From the human T2T-CHM13v2.0 reference genome, Homo sapiens, in assembly GCF_009914755.1 (NCBI RefSeq), contig NC_060935.1: a stretch of DNA of 64,000 bases, one strand, 5' to 3'. This document shows, in pieces, positions 1-13,700 of this stretch. Both the position numbers and the translations under genes were made by a program. A model generated the notes under the pieces. It was not told where the DNA came from. It searched no databases and saw only the letters and a list, made by a program, of their open reading frames with translations. Numbering within the stretch: the first letter of the stretch is position 1; each line of letters starts with the position of its first letter.

Positions 1-1029
1 CGAAATAGAAGCTCTCTGATACATGATATGAAAGAACTTGCTGCACTCTGAAAAAATGTTTGTGGGAAGGATTTAATACGAGATATCATGGAACACCTCA
101 ATTCACAGAGTGGTCCATACACCAGCAGCATTGGCAAAACTTGACAGATGCTTAAAAGTGCAAATCTGAAGCTATGTATCAAACTTACCAAATCAGAATC
201 TGCATTTGAAGAGGATCCCCAGTGTGATAAGCTTTTAAGAAATGCCGGTATCTGACTTCAGATCCCAAGATTTTGAAGTGATATGCGGAGGACATCTAAT
301 ATTGTATTTTAAAAATCCCTTGGTTTTAAATATGCAGTAATAATTGAGAAAGATGAATATAGTCCAATCATCGACTTCTTTAAGTAGAATTGAACCTAAT
401 GTATTTATCTCTACTTTGATATGAGTGTCCAAATTTACCTTGATTTATTCTGTGAAGACTGCATCCAATTATTCCTATGTTAGAGAAAAACAGGAAAAAT
501 ATATAAGAAATAAGAAGGAACATGGAACATAGGAAGCTAAAAATAAAATATCTAAATATTCGAATTAATGCAGGAAAAATATTATTAAGGGATCTTAAAA
601 AAGTTAAGTACTATATCAATATTATGAATTCCTACCCCATATCTCTTAAAATCCAAGTATATATAGATTTTACTTTTGAATCAAGTATATACCTGTTTAT
701 ACATAAAATAAATTAAACATTTTTGCACAAGGAAATAGGTGGCTTAATTGGTTATTTAGTATTATCTAGTCCTATTAGCAGTAAGATAACTTGTCAGGAT
801 ATGCCTGGTGCTCTGAAACCTGCTCATTATAGTGTAGGCTGTGAACCAATAGCACTGGCTATAAGAAGTGAAGAATCTCAGACCCCACTCAGACCTGCAG
901 GATCAGTGTCTATATGTTAACAAAATGCTCAGGTAATCCCTGCACACAAAACTTTATCACTAATTGATAAGTTTAGGATTGACAGATAATCTCACTTGAG
1001 GAAAAAAAAAAAAGGCCACTAGAGAGTCA

Positions 1030-1417
1030 ACTGTAATTGCTTCTTTTCTCAAGAGCTAGCTTCCCTGAGAAATGGAAATCTCTGTGGAATATTTGTTCCA
1101 TGTTATTTGGTACCTGATGTGTTTAAACCAAGGACATAGCTTTATAGCACAGCCATCAGAACTGCTCCGGCGACTGTCAAAGGCAAGGATATTTGCTTCT
1201 CTGGTGCTGCAGAAAAAAATGAAAGGTTACAATTGTGGATGCTGATTTGTGATGTAGACCAGCTTCTGAGGCCAGACTGAGGGATGTGCCCTGCCCTCTT
1301 TCTCAGCACAAAAGATAGTAGAAACACCCAACACCAGCATTAGTGCCATTCTTTTCCAAGTCAAAGAGAGTAAGTTGCAGGTAAAATTTGGCATTGCATT
1401 TCTCAAGCAGAGGTAAG
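1030..1417 (+). promoter_or_regulatory. Putative promoter and non-coding exon 1 of OR8G2P
   Basis: TAATTG homeodomain site 1034-1039, O/E-like TCTCAAGAG 1047-1055 and TCCCTGAGA 1062-1070, TATA-like TTTATAG ~1140, donor candidates GTAAGG (1413) and GTGACT (1418); paralogous block precedes each of the four OR exons. Confidence 0.6.
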
Positions 1418-1916
1418 GTGACTGCGGTCATCTCACACTTGTGATTTAAAACTATTAGGCCTGAAGTAATTGTTGTCAAAATTCAAAGATCCCTCTAAAA
1501 ACATTCATTCATTCTTTCATTCACTCATAAAATATTTTTAAGCACCTTTGATGTGTCAGATGCTGGTTACTTGGGTTAAAGAAGAGGAGAAGTTTAAGTT
1601 AGTCTTACATCTGTCTTATAGTTTAGCTCACAGTGTACAATTGCATTGTGTTAGAAATAATAGGTTGCTTTCTAAGCTTGTGTTAGGAAGGTCAATCTAT
1701 TCCAGTGAGTTGCAGATGTCTTCCTGATGGTGTAATTTTTAAATGAGACTTGGAAGAAATACAATTTCACCAGGCAATTGAGGGATAGGATTTAGTAAGA
1801 CTATTTCATCTGAAAGGAAGCACAAATAAATGTTCAGATAGCTAAGAAAATATGACATATTCCAGAAATGGAAAGGAACCAAATGTGAACTAGGTCTGGA
1901 GAATTGCAAGAGGTAG

Positions 1917-2235
<319 letters not shown>

Positions 2236-2689
2236 AGCTATATGTGCTTTTTAGGCAGCTCCAAGAACTTACTGCCTATGCCTAGTTTGCTAAGAGGCTT
2301 TTTATTTATTATTACTTTTGGATATTTTCTATGTGCTTTTTCTGTATTTTAGAAGAAAATCTGTAAGATTGGTGTTATTACATTCTTAAATGTGAAGAAC
2401 AGTGAAAATGTCTGGGAAAATATTGTGCCTTGCTTTATGAACCAGCATATAAATAATTCTGTAAAGGTTCCATGTGACCTTAAAAAGAATTTGTGTCATT
2501 AGTTGTTGCATGCCGTAAGATCGTGTGTGTGTGTATGTGTATACAGCTATACATACATATGATTATCTTCAAATTTATGACTCTCATTCAGACCTCCTTT
2601 ATCTTTGCCGATTATTAGGGTTTTTATTTTGAAAATAATTTTATTAATTTATTATATTTAATACTTTATAAGAGTATATCAAAATGTAA

Positions 2690-3650
2690 TTTTATCTAGA
2701 TTACATTAAGGATAAAAGTACCCATTTTAAGTGTAAAACTCCTAAATGAGTTTTGACAGATGCATACACTATAAACTGGTGAAATCAACACTTCCTTATT
2801 GAAACATTTTTATCATCCCTGAAGATTTCCCGTGCTCCTTTCTAGTCATTCTACAGTAGCTACTGACCTCATTTCTATCACCATAAAATTAGTTCTGCTG
2901 TTCTACAAGTTCGTATGAACGGAATTGTACAATATGTGCTCTTTTTTGTCTGGCTTTTTGCTTAACATGATGTTTTGAAGATTAATCCATATTGTTGCAT
3001 ATATCTGTGATTTATTCCTTGTTATTGATGAGTAGTGTTCTATTCTATGCAAATCGCACAATTCATTCATTTATTCAATGGTTATTGAATAAATGAATGA
3101 ATATTTGGGTTGTTTCCAGTTTGGAGTTGTTAGTAACAAGGCTTCCAGGTACATGTTTGTACATGTCATTGTGTAGATACATGTTTACATTTCTCTTGAG
3201 TAAACCCTGAATAGCAGAATTGTTGGGTTATAATCTAAGTATATGATTAACTTTCTAAGATATTGCCAAGCAGTTTTCCGAAGTAGTTGTACGGTTTTAC
3301 ACCTCTCCTCACCAGCTATGTGTGAGAGCTTGAGTTATCCCATATCCTTGGCAAACTTTGGAACTGTAAGTTTTTGTTTATTTTGTTTTTTCTTTCTTTT
3401 ATAATTTTTAGCCATTTCCATGTGGCTGTGTAGTGGTATGTAATTTTCCTGATGAATAATGAATTTGGTATCTTTTTACGTGCTTATCAACTATTTACAT
3501 ATCTTCTGTCATATATCATCTATACAAATACTTTTCTTATATTTTAATTTGGTCTATTGTCTTTGTATCATTGACATGTTGATATTATTTGTATATATTT
3601 ACATAAAAGGCCATAGTCAGATATACGTATTTTTTGTGGCTTACTCTTAA
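2690..3650 (-). mobile_element. Old L1M (L1MC/ME-like) 3' fragment
   Basis: Degenerate antisense L1 3' region motifs; paralogous copy at ~13940-14850. Confidence 0.6.
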
Positions 3651-3654
3651 TTTT

Positions 3655-3996
3655 CTTTTTTTAACTTTTATTTTAAGTTTAGAGGTATATGTGCAGGTTT
3701 GTTACATAGGTAAACTGTGTCAGGGGAGTTTGTTGTACAGATTATTTTATCACCCAGGTATTAAACCCAGTACCCGTGAGTTACTTTTCCTGATCTTTTC
3801 CCTCCTCCCACCTTCCACTGGCTCTGATAGGCCCCAGTGTGTGTTGTCCCCCTCTATGTGTCCAAGTGGTCATGTGTTCAAATCATTTAGCTCCCACTTA
3901 GAAGTGAGAACATATGGTATTTGGTTTTCTGTTCCTGTGTCGGTTTGCTAAGGATAATACATTCATGTCCCTGCAATGGACATAATCTTGTGCTTT
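3655..3996 (-). mobile_element. L1PA 3' end fragment (older L1PA subfamily)
   Basis: aacttttattttaagttt...gtgcaggtttgttacatagg...gtgagaacatatggtatttgg; absent from the paralogous site at ~14850. Confidence 0.85.
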
Positions 3997-5324
3997 TTTA
4001 ATGGTACCTTTGGAGATGTGCTTTTAATTAGGATAAAAAAGGATTTATCAATGTTATATGGCTAATTCATGTGTGCATATATGTCCTAAGGAATCTAATT
4101 GGATTACTCCACTATATTGAAATTTTCCTCTAGTGTTTTTTCCTAAAGTTTAATAGTTTATTGTTTATGCTTAAATTTAAGATTTATTTCAATATTCTTG
4201 TTTGCATGGGTGTGAGATAGAAGATTTTAGATTTTCTGTTTCTACTTTATTTAAAATTCAAGTATGACTTATTTGGAATTTTACATTAATGTATCGAATG
4301 ACAAAATCTTTTGTTTAGTGCATAACAGAGGCTACATTTATATATTTCCTAATTTTATAACTCCATCTTTGGCACACTCCTAATTAAAGAAAGAGGAAAG
4401 AGATTAATGAAAATGTGTGAACATCATGTTTACTATTTTTGTATTTTGAAGTATATAAATATCCCTCATTTTCCAATTGATGGATGGTGGAACAACAACG
4501 AAAACAATTATTGTTGTCATTTTCAGAGTGCTAAATATCTGCTAATTAGATGATGATGTTAATTTAATTGTCCACACTTATCAACTGGTAAATGAGAGGA
4601 TCAGAATATGAACACAGGCACTTTGATATTAAGGATTTTTTATTTAGCCGCTACTCCCACTGTTTTCCTCTAACAAAGGCAGAGGTGTAATATTTGGTCC
4701 AAGAACCATAACACTGCTGCAGTGGGACAATTCCACTGGTAGATCTGTATCATGAATCTTGTTGGTGCCATTTCATTTTAATAATAATACTGAAAATCTG
4801 ATAATTTTTAATAGAAACCTAAATTGCCTGATTATCATTAAAATCCTCCAAAGATGTAGCCATAATGCACCTCTGTTACCCTTGGCAGAACTTCTCTGCT
4901 CGTTAATAAAGGACACCGTACTGAATGCAGGTCTGCTCTCTCCCAGTGGCAGCTCAGCCAGCTTCCATCATTTTCATTAGCCCTTGTAAGTTTTTAAGTG
5001 TGCGAAAAACAGCTCAGAAAAGTTGACTTGAAATCTTTGGAATGTTCAACCCAGAGAGTAGCAATTAAAATTCTTAAATGATAATAATTATGGCTGAAAT
5101 ATTTTATATAAAAAACAACTATTTGATATTAAGCTATAAAATATTTAATTAATAAAAATATTACTTAGCTAATTTACCCAGAGTTAAATTATTATATATA
5201 AACCAAAGGTCATCTAAATCATGAATCCTCAGCATGGGATACCCTCCTCCAAAAGTAGAATAGCAACTCAATCCCTACAAACACCATGGTTTTTCTTTCC
5301 TCCGTAGAAACTGACCAAAGGAAA

Positions 5325-6259
5325 ATGTCAGCAGGAAACCATTCCTCAGTGACTGAGTTCATTCTGGCTGGGCTCTCAGAACAGCCAGAGCTCCAGCTGC
5401 GCCTCTTCCTCCTGTTCTTAGGAATCTATGTGGTCACAGTGGTGGGCAACTTGAGCATGATCACACTGATTGGGCTCAGTTCTCACCTGCATACCCCCAT
5501 GTACTATTTCCTCAGTGGTCTGTCCTTCATTGATATCTGCCATTCCACTATCATTACCCCCAAAATGCTGGTGAACTTTGTGACAGAGAAGAACATCATC
5601 TCCTACCCTGAATGCATGACTCAGCTTTACTTCTTCCTCATTTTTGCTATTGCAGAGTGTCACATGTTGGCTGTAACGGCATATGACCGCTATGTTGCCA
5701 TCTGCAGCCCCTTGCTGTACAATGTCATCATGTCCTATCACCACTGCTTCTGGCTCACAGTGGGAGTTTACATTTTAGGCATCCTTGGATCTACAATTCA
5801 CACCGGCTTTATGTTGAGACTCTTTTTGTGCAAGACTAATGTGATTAACCATTATTTTTGTGATCTCTTCCCTCTCTTGGGGCTCTCCTGCTCCAGCACC
5901 TACATCAATGAATTACTGGTTCTGGTCTTGAGTGCATTTAACATCCTGACGCCTGCCTTAACCATCCTTGCTTCTTACATCTTTATCATTGCCAGCATCC
6001 TCCGCATTCGCTCCACTGAGGGCAGGTCCAAAGCCTTCAGCACTTGCAGCTCCCACATCTTGGCTGTTGCTGTTTTCTTTGGGTCTGCAGCATTCATGTA
6101 CCTGCAGCCATCATCTGTCAGCTCCATGGACCAGGGGAAAGTGTCCTCTGTGTTTTATACTATTGTTGTGCCCATGCTGAACCCCCAATCTATAGCCTAA
6201 GAAATAAGGATGTCAAATTTGCCCTGAAGAAAAATCTGGACAGCAAAGCATGTTCATGA
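5325..6259 (+). pseudogene. OR8G2P: Olfactory receptor 8G2 pseudogene; 1-bp deletion near 6187 truncates TM7/helix 8
   Basis: ORF 5286-6200 has [24 protein letters not shown] but ends PMLNPQSIA*; the conserved IYSLRNKDV continues in another frame to 6259. Restoring 1 bp gives 311 aa from Met 5325. Confidence 0.9.
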
Positions 6260-8039
6260 ATCCAATTATTGCCATGTTGTCATATCAAAACAGGCTTTCA
6301 GTTTGATTAGATATGTAATATGTTAGATTTATTGTGCAAATTTATCAAAATATAGTGATGCTCTTTTATGTAACACACCTCCAAAATATTCCTTCAGTCT
6401 ACTTCCATTGAACGTATATTCCAATGAGTATGTGTGGAGAAATACTAAAAATAAAATCAAAACTCTTGAGGTTTAAAGAAGCCATATTTTTATCATTTCA
6501 TTAATAATAAAAATAACAATGCGCACAACAATGATAATCACAATAAGATGATAATGAAGATGCTAGTAGTGGCATATATCATTCAGATGTGATGAAATAG
6601 CAAGCACTGTGTCCTAACATTTAAGTGGATAATTTTATTTAATATTTACAGTATTCCTTCAGGGGAAGCTGTAGTATTATTTCCCAATAAGTAAATAAGG
6701 CTTATTTTTTGAGTGAATGCTCAGAGCCCCAAACCTAAGAAGTCATTGAGAGTAGAAAGTTTGGCTTAAGGACTTGTGATACTATTCAAAGTGATACTTG
6801 GTCCAGCTACTTGTGGATAGGTGTAAGGACTCCTGAGAAATCCCTTCCAAACATCAAGCTTCCCCAGTTCCCAACATGACTGCATCGCTGTCCTCTGGAT
6901 AGCTCCAGGATAATTTACTTTTGTTTCATTTGCTATAATAAACATAATCAAAGTCTTCCAAATTTGTATTGATCAATGAAAAATAGATCAAAACCAGAAA
7001 ATTATTATAGTTTTATTATAGACATACACTATAGATATTTATAATATTATTATACTTGATAGCAACAATTTTGTATAAAAACAACCCACACAACATTGCC
7101 TCATCTTTATGTCAGTAATGCTTTGGCTGTTTATGAGGCAACTCATGACAGCCGTAAATTCTTCTAAGTTGCATTGTTTCCATGTGGTTCATACTTTTTT
7201 GCCTTATAATTTACAAACCATTGTCATTTTATATCAATTTTCTTTAAAAAAATCTTCTTGGCCCCCAGGTTATTATCTTTCTGCTTCTCAGAATTTAACA
7301 TCTTGTAAGTGTGAATTTCCATGATATTCTAAATAATTGCCTTGTGTCTCTCCCCAGTTCAAACTTTCCTACTCATTGTTGGCAGGTCAATAGTCTTTGG
7401 ATGCTGTTTTGCATTATTCAGCTGATATAAGAAGTTTCAATGTTGACTATATAGTTTCTAAGTATAGGACAAACCTATATATTTTTATCTCCCTTGTATT
7501 CCGTTATTCATTGCAATCAGATATTCATTCTCAGAGTTCCTCTCACATTATTTCCCTCAATTTTCATCATTTATATAATGTAAGGGAAGTTGGCCACAAT
7601 TACAACTCTTGTGTTAGGCATGATTCTGAGTCCAGTGCTCTGTCCAACACATTGTCATATATGCAAATAAGTGAAATGGGGACCAACAAAAAGCGTGCTG
7701 TTGCATAGACCTTTGAATCACTGGGGCTTGAGCTCATATAGAAAATACAGACTAATTAAAAGGTGGCAGTCTCATTAAGGAAATGGCAGAAGCTTGTGCA
7801 GCCCCAGAAGGGATGTCATATTCAGGGTAATACAATCATGCTACAAGGATAGAGAGGAGGCAGAAACAGTTCATGAACCAACCCTGATCATTATAAGACA
7901 TCACTCCTCATTTTAGTGTGGGGAACTGCTAGAAGTTTTTAAGCAGGAAAGTGAACACAATTAGTTTTGCATGCTAATAATGTCACATATGTCAATATGG
8001 AAGACAGATGGACGTGAATGAAAAACTTATGCTACTGAG

Positions 8040-8445
8040 GAAATGCCAAACGTAACTGCGTCTTTTCTCAAAAACTTATTTCTCTGAGAAATTGAAATCT
8101 TGAGGGTATTTGTCTCTATGTTGTCATATCTAAATCTAAGATATATCTTTATAGCACATCCATCAGACCATCATAACTGTCAAAGGTGAGGATATTTGCT
8201 ACCCTGATGCTGGAGAAACCTAACTTGAAAAGTTACAATTGTGGAGGCTGACCTGTGATGCAGACCAGCTTCATATGTGGTTCTGAGACTAGACAAAGGG
8301 TTGTGCCCTGCCCTCTCAGCATTAAAGATAGCAGAATACTGAGTACATACAACTCTCAACACCAACACTAGTGTAATTGTTCTCCAAATTGAAGAGAATA
8401 AGTTATGAGTAAAATTTGGCATTGCAGTTTTCAAGCAGAGGAAAG
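8040..8445 (+). promoter_or_regulatory. Degenerate paralogous promoter/exon 1 of the OR8G pseudogene at 19018
   Basis: Aligns by eye to 1025-1417; motifs altered (TAACTG, TCTCAAAAA, TCTCTGAGA); donor GTGACT at 8446. Confidence 0.5.
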
Positions 8446-8696
8446 GTGACTGTGGTGTTCTGCTCACACTTGTGATTTGAGACTATTAGGTCTGGAGGTA
8501 ATTGCTGTAAAAATCCAGTTAAACATCCTGCTTTATACATTCATTCATTCATAAAATATTTTAAAGTGCCTTTGATGTTCCAGACACTGTACTCTTACTT
8601 TGGATAAAGAGGAAGATAAGTTTGAGTTGGTCTGTCTTCTGGCTTATAGTACAGCTCACAGTCTCAAGTTGTACTGTTAGAAATGATAGGTGGTGT

Positions 8697-8927
8697 AGCC
8701 TAGGCGACATGGCGAAACTGCATCTCTACAAAAAAAAAAAAAAAAAGAAAAAGAAAATAACGGGACATGGTGGTGCACATCTGTAGTCCCAGCTACTCAG
8801 GAAGTTGAGGTGGAAGGGTAGATTTAGCCAGGTTCAACCAGGGCGAGGCTGCAATGAAGCATGATCACACCACTGCCCTGCTCTAACCTGGGCAACTGAG
8901 TGAGACCAAGTCGGAAGGAAGGAAGGA

Positions 8928-8966
<39 letters not shown>

Positions 8967-8999
8967 CGAGCGGGCGGGCAAGGGCGAGGGCGAGGAGGA
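8697..8999 (+). mobile_element. 5'-truncated AluJ-like element with (GGAA)n(GGCA)n tail microsatellite
   Basis: Starts mid left arm (tagcctaggcgacatggcg), expanded A linker, right arm, then GGAA/GGCA/GGGC repeats ~8913-8999. Confidence 0.85.
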
Positions 9000-11489
9000 A
9001 AGCTTGTATTCAGAAGGTCTAATCTATCCCAACAAATTGGAAATGTTTTTCCGATGGTGTAATTTTTAAATGACACTTAGAAGAAATAAAATTTCACCAG
9101 GCAATTGAGGGATAGGATTTAGTAAGACTATTTAACCTGAAAGAAAGCATAAATAAAGATTCAGATTTCTAAGATAATATGGTATATTCCAGAAACTGGA
9201 AGGAAGCAGATGTGAACTAGGTCTGGAGAATAGAAAGAGGTAGTAGGTATATTCATTCTTTATCTTAAAAACAGTGAAGAAGATCCGTTTTTTCAGTGTC
9301 CCCAAAAGTAGATTTTCCTCTGTTTTATAGTTGAGTGTATTGTATGATTTAGGAAAAGTACCTAGTTCCATTTTTAAGAACTCAAATTGTTAGAACCTTT
9401 CCCTCATATCTAGTAAAAGACACAGCCTTCAATATTCCAAACACCGCATATGAAAGAAGTTTTCTTCCCTTTTGATTCCCTTTTGATATAAGACAACGCA
9501 CGCTAATTATCCTATTACCTTTGAATATTTCCAAGTTATTCACAGCTTCTGTGTCCCTTTCATTTTGTCTATGTCCCTCCTTACAAAGGACATTAATAAT
9601 AAAAACAAAACTTTAAATATAATGTAAGTGTAGCAGAGTGCTTCCCAGCTTCATTGCACACATAGAAAATGGTAATATTTCTGTGGCACAAGAACTTAGC
9701 ACAGTTATGTTCCACTCACGGTATTCCAGTTCCATAGAACTCATGTCAGGAAGACTTGAGTCTCCCTGTTATGGACTTCCTGTTACTTACGGACTCCCTA
9801 TTATTTACGGAGTCTTCGTGTTATGGACTTGTTATGGCTTTTATGTGGATTATTGCCCATCATATTCTAGATAATATATTCATATAATTGCAATCTAAAA
9901 CAAACCAATTTATTAATCAACCATTTACTTTATTGGCTTAATGAGTTAACGAAAAACTCAGCCCTGTTTTTTTCATGTGAGTTGCACCCAAAACATATAC
10001 AGTATGCAAAAAAATTGTTTTTTTAAAGTAAATTTAGAATTTAAATCTTTGCACTGCTAAATTTCAACTTATTTGTTTTAGCTGTTTTGGGCCTGGATCT
10101 ACTTGCCCAGTAGGTATAGTCTTTTTGGGCCCAGATTACAGTAACATGAGAGGTTTTGTTGGCCACTTGGTGTGCAACATACTTACCATGGGGGATTAGC
10201 AATCTCCAAGTGCAAGCTTAAATGAGCAAAGGAAAATTTCACAAAGAATTGAAGTCTCAACTGCTTATTTCTAGTTGTATTCACAAGTATTATCTTTACA
10301 ATTAAGGTAAGAAAAAACAGAAGAAAGAAAGACAGGAAGAGATGAATCAAGAAAAGTAAGGAAAGAAGGTAGGGAGGAAGGAAAGGATAGAAGGAAGAAA
10401 ATGAAGACTAGAAGAGAAAAGATAGAGGTTCTCAAGCTCTTCACTTGAAGCAGGCAACTACTTTGACTTTGGTTTCTTAATCCTATCATTCCCACAGTTA
10501 GCTATTCATCACAATTAGTTGATACTTTGTTTTCTTGCTTTAAATTATTTTGACTTTTGAACATTTAGATCTTTAAAATGATCTAATCACTAGTTCTGTT
10601 CTTGGATTAAGAAGTCTGTATTGGGAATTTCTCTAGATGAGTTGAGAAAACTTTGAAAATTGATGAATAAATAGTTTTGAGAATATTTTTACATTTCCAG
10701 AAGCAAGTGAAAGAGGAATGAAAATGAAATACAAGATAAATATTGGAAGAGAGGGTAGGTGGTGGTAATGATTTAACTAAAGTAACTCCACATATATTAG
10801 AAAGTCGAGTTAATGTTCAAAGTTGATAATTCTGAAAAAAAGCAATATGAGGAAATTATGTAGAGGTATGGGGGTAGCCTTCAGAAGAACTAGAAACAGA
10901 AGCTCTTTGTTGGAGCTGTTCTATAGAGATAAAGCTGTCTTTGGGGAATAGGACTAAGAGCATAGGGAAGGTAACACAGGAATTTTGGGGGTTTGTTATA
11001 ATTATGGTAAGAGTTTTACATTCATTTTTGTACATACTATTATCTCCCTAGATGATGCTGATTATCAGCCATATCTGGAAATCTTTGAGTTAATTAACCC
11101 TCTGTGTTCAAGTATGTTCTTTTACATCTGACTGTAAAGCAACTAGCCCACATAACTATAGCTTATCCACAAACATGTTATGAGAGCCTGTGCCACTTGC
11201 CTGTATAATTTGAAGATGAGCTGTACCTATGCCATATCCATCTTAAGTAACTTAAACATTGGCTTTGACATAAAATTCCTTTGAGTTCAGACAAACTGAA
11301 TTCAGAAAGGAAGGCATTTACTGATTCCATATGTGGATGTTAAGTTGGTTCAGATATAAGGAGTAAGGAATATACAGCATAAAAGCTCATCCTTCACAGG
11401 CTATTTAGATTGATAGTCTATTACAAGTTTCATTTATTGAAACACTGGTCTAGTCACTTCATGATGGGGTCACCATTGTCATAAATCAG

Positions 11490-13700
11490 ATATCTGGATA
11501 TGTATATAAATCTGGTTTTGAATTCTAAATTTTGCTCTACTAATCTACCCTTACACCAATAAGACACCATCTTGTCTTATAATGTGCCAATAACATATGA
11601 TAGCGTGATTTATACAGCTTTGTTTTTCAAGGTTGTTGTGGATATTTTGGGCTATATGCATTTCCATGTGAAATTTATGGCAATCCACTAAAAATTCTAC
11701 AAAATTTCGATTTGGATCACATTGAATGTATAGATGAATATGGGAAGACTTGATATCTTCATAGTATTGAGTCTTCTAATTCACGAACATGGTAAATATC
11801 TCCTATTATTAAGATTTTCTTACATTTTTTAATAATTTATAGTTTTCAATATACAGACATAATACAATTTGGTGTATTTATTTCTAGGTATTTGATTCCA
11901 AATTATTGCTATTTTAAGTGACGTGATTTTTAAAAAATCTTTTATTTGTATTTGTTGCATCTTAAAAAGATATATTTTAATATAAAGACATAGAAATGTT
12001 CAAAAGCAAAGAATTGAAAGTGATATGCTATGCAAGCACTAACCAAGTAAAAATGGCTTTGATATTCTAATAATAGGCATAGAAACTTAAAGCATGATGC
12101 ATTACTATATATTAGGGAAACATTCCATAATGATATATGGTTCAGTCCAAGATTACCTAAAACAAAGATCTCAGAACCCTAAATTTCTATATAACCCAAA
12201 GCTATATAGAAATATATATATACGGCCCCAAAATTTTGTAAAAATTATGAAATATATTTAGAAATAGACAAATCAAATATTTGTGGGATACTTTAATATA
12301 TATTCCTCCGTCAATAACTCTTTTTTTTTTTTTGAGACGGAATCTCGCCCTGTCACCCAGGCACGATCTCGGCTCACTGTAAGCTCCGCCTCCCAGGTTG
12401 ACGCCATTCTCCTGCATCAGCCTCCCGAGTAACTGGAACTACAGGTGCCCGCCACCACGCCCGGCTAATTTTTTGTATTTTTAGTAGAGACGGGGTTTCA
12501 CTGTGTTAGCCAGGATGGTCTCAATCTCCTGACCTCGTGATCCACCTGCCTCGGATTTCCAAAGTGCTGGGATTACAGGCATGAGCCACCACACTCGGCC
12601 TGTCAATAACTCTTCAAACAGAAGACCAAAAATAAAACCACTATGGATGTAAAATATGAAAACCACAATAATGAATTACATGTAACTCACATATATAGAC
12701 CAAACAACTCTGAAAGAGCAAAAAACATTTTTTTAAATGCATTTGAAACATTCACAAAAATGGATCATATATTGTAAGATTTATAAAACTACAACAACTT
12801 TCAAAAAGTAAATAATATGTGTTTATTGACCACAATAAAATTAAAATATTTTTGAAGCCTAATTTTCTACAACTTAATAACATATTTTTTCAAATATATA
12901 ACATTTATATATTAAAATATAAAAATAATACATTTAAAATACATTTTAAATATAGGACAAAAATAATTGAAAAAATACTTAAACTAAATTATAGTTACAA
13001 TTTAAAACATTAAAACATGTAAGATGCAGCTAAAGAGGTGCCTTTGAGGAAATCTATACCTTATATGTATATGTTCAAAAAAGAAGGATGATTGGGATAA
13101 TCATTTAAGCTTTATTTAAAGAATTTAGGAAAAAGGAAAGCAAACCAAAAAATCTATAAAGAAAATGAAATAATAAAATTGTTAAGAATAGTTTAAATAT
13201 AAAATATACACAAAATTCATAAAATCAACGTAACGTAAAATTTTTTATAAAATTTATTAATAAAACTACTAACATGAATAATCAAGAGAAAAAATAAACT
13301 ATAAATATCTGATTTCTGGAATAAAGAAATAGAAAAGATTGCATACCCCACAAATATTTTAAAAAGTGAAAAAAATAGTATGAAAACCATTTAGTAATTT
13401 TCAAAATGGGTAAATTTCTTGAAGTATCAGTTTAAAAGAGTTGAAAAGAAAGACAAAATCTGAATAATTGATAGCTATTTAAGAAATTTAATCTGTTACT
13501 TGAAATCTAAACAAAAAGAATGTCAAAGATCTACATCACTTCACTAGTGAATACTTCCAAACATTTAAGGTAATTTTTATGCCAACTATTCCAGATTTAG
13601 AAAGAGAATATCTTCTAATCTTTTACAAATTCAGTTTTTAAAAAAATTACAAGAATGGAAAATTATGTATTACCTTTTTTTGTGAATATAGAAAATAAAT
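11490..13700. mobile_element. Ancient L1M ORF2 fragments in both orientations (paralogous at ~26830-28180 and ~41880-43170)
   Basis: Highly degenerate L1 endonuclease-region motifs shared between duplication units 2-4. Confidence 0.55.
12323..12600 (-). mobile_element. AluY with small internal deletion
   Basis: AluY-type diagnostics (gtgttagccaggatgg, aagctccgcctcc); TSD gtcaataactctt 12310-12322 and 12602-12614; ~14 bp missing after gtcacccagg. Confidence 0.95.

Noticed and set aside
860-945. Conserved motif upstream of three promoters (also ~21385-21460, ~36690-36760)
   Set aside because: Resembles a MER5-type DNA transposon remnant copied with the duplication; no evidence of function from sequence alone
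5418-5744. Similar antisense ORFs inside each OR gene (also 30364-30609, 45630-45902)
   Set aside because: Shadow frames of homologous OR coding sequence
9767-9845. Degenerate short tandem repeat (ctccctgttatggac-like units)
   Set aside because: Irregular slippage repeat without unique spacers; not a CRISPR-like array
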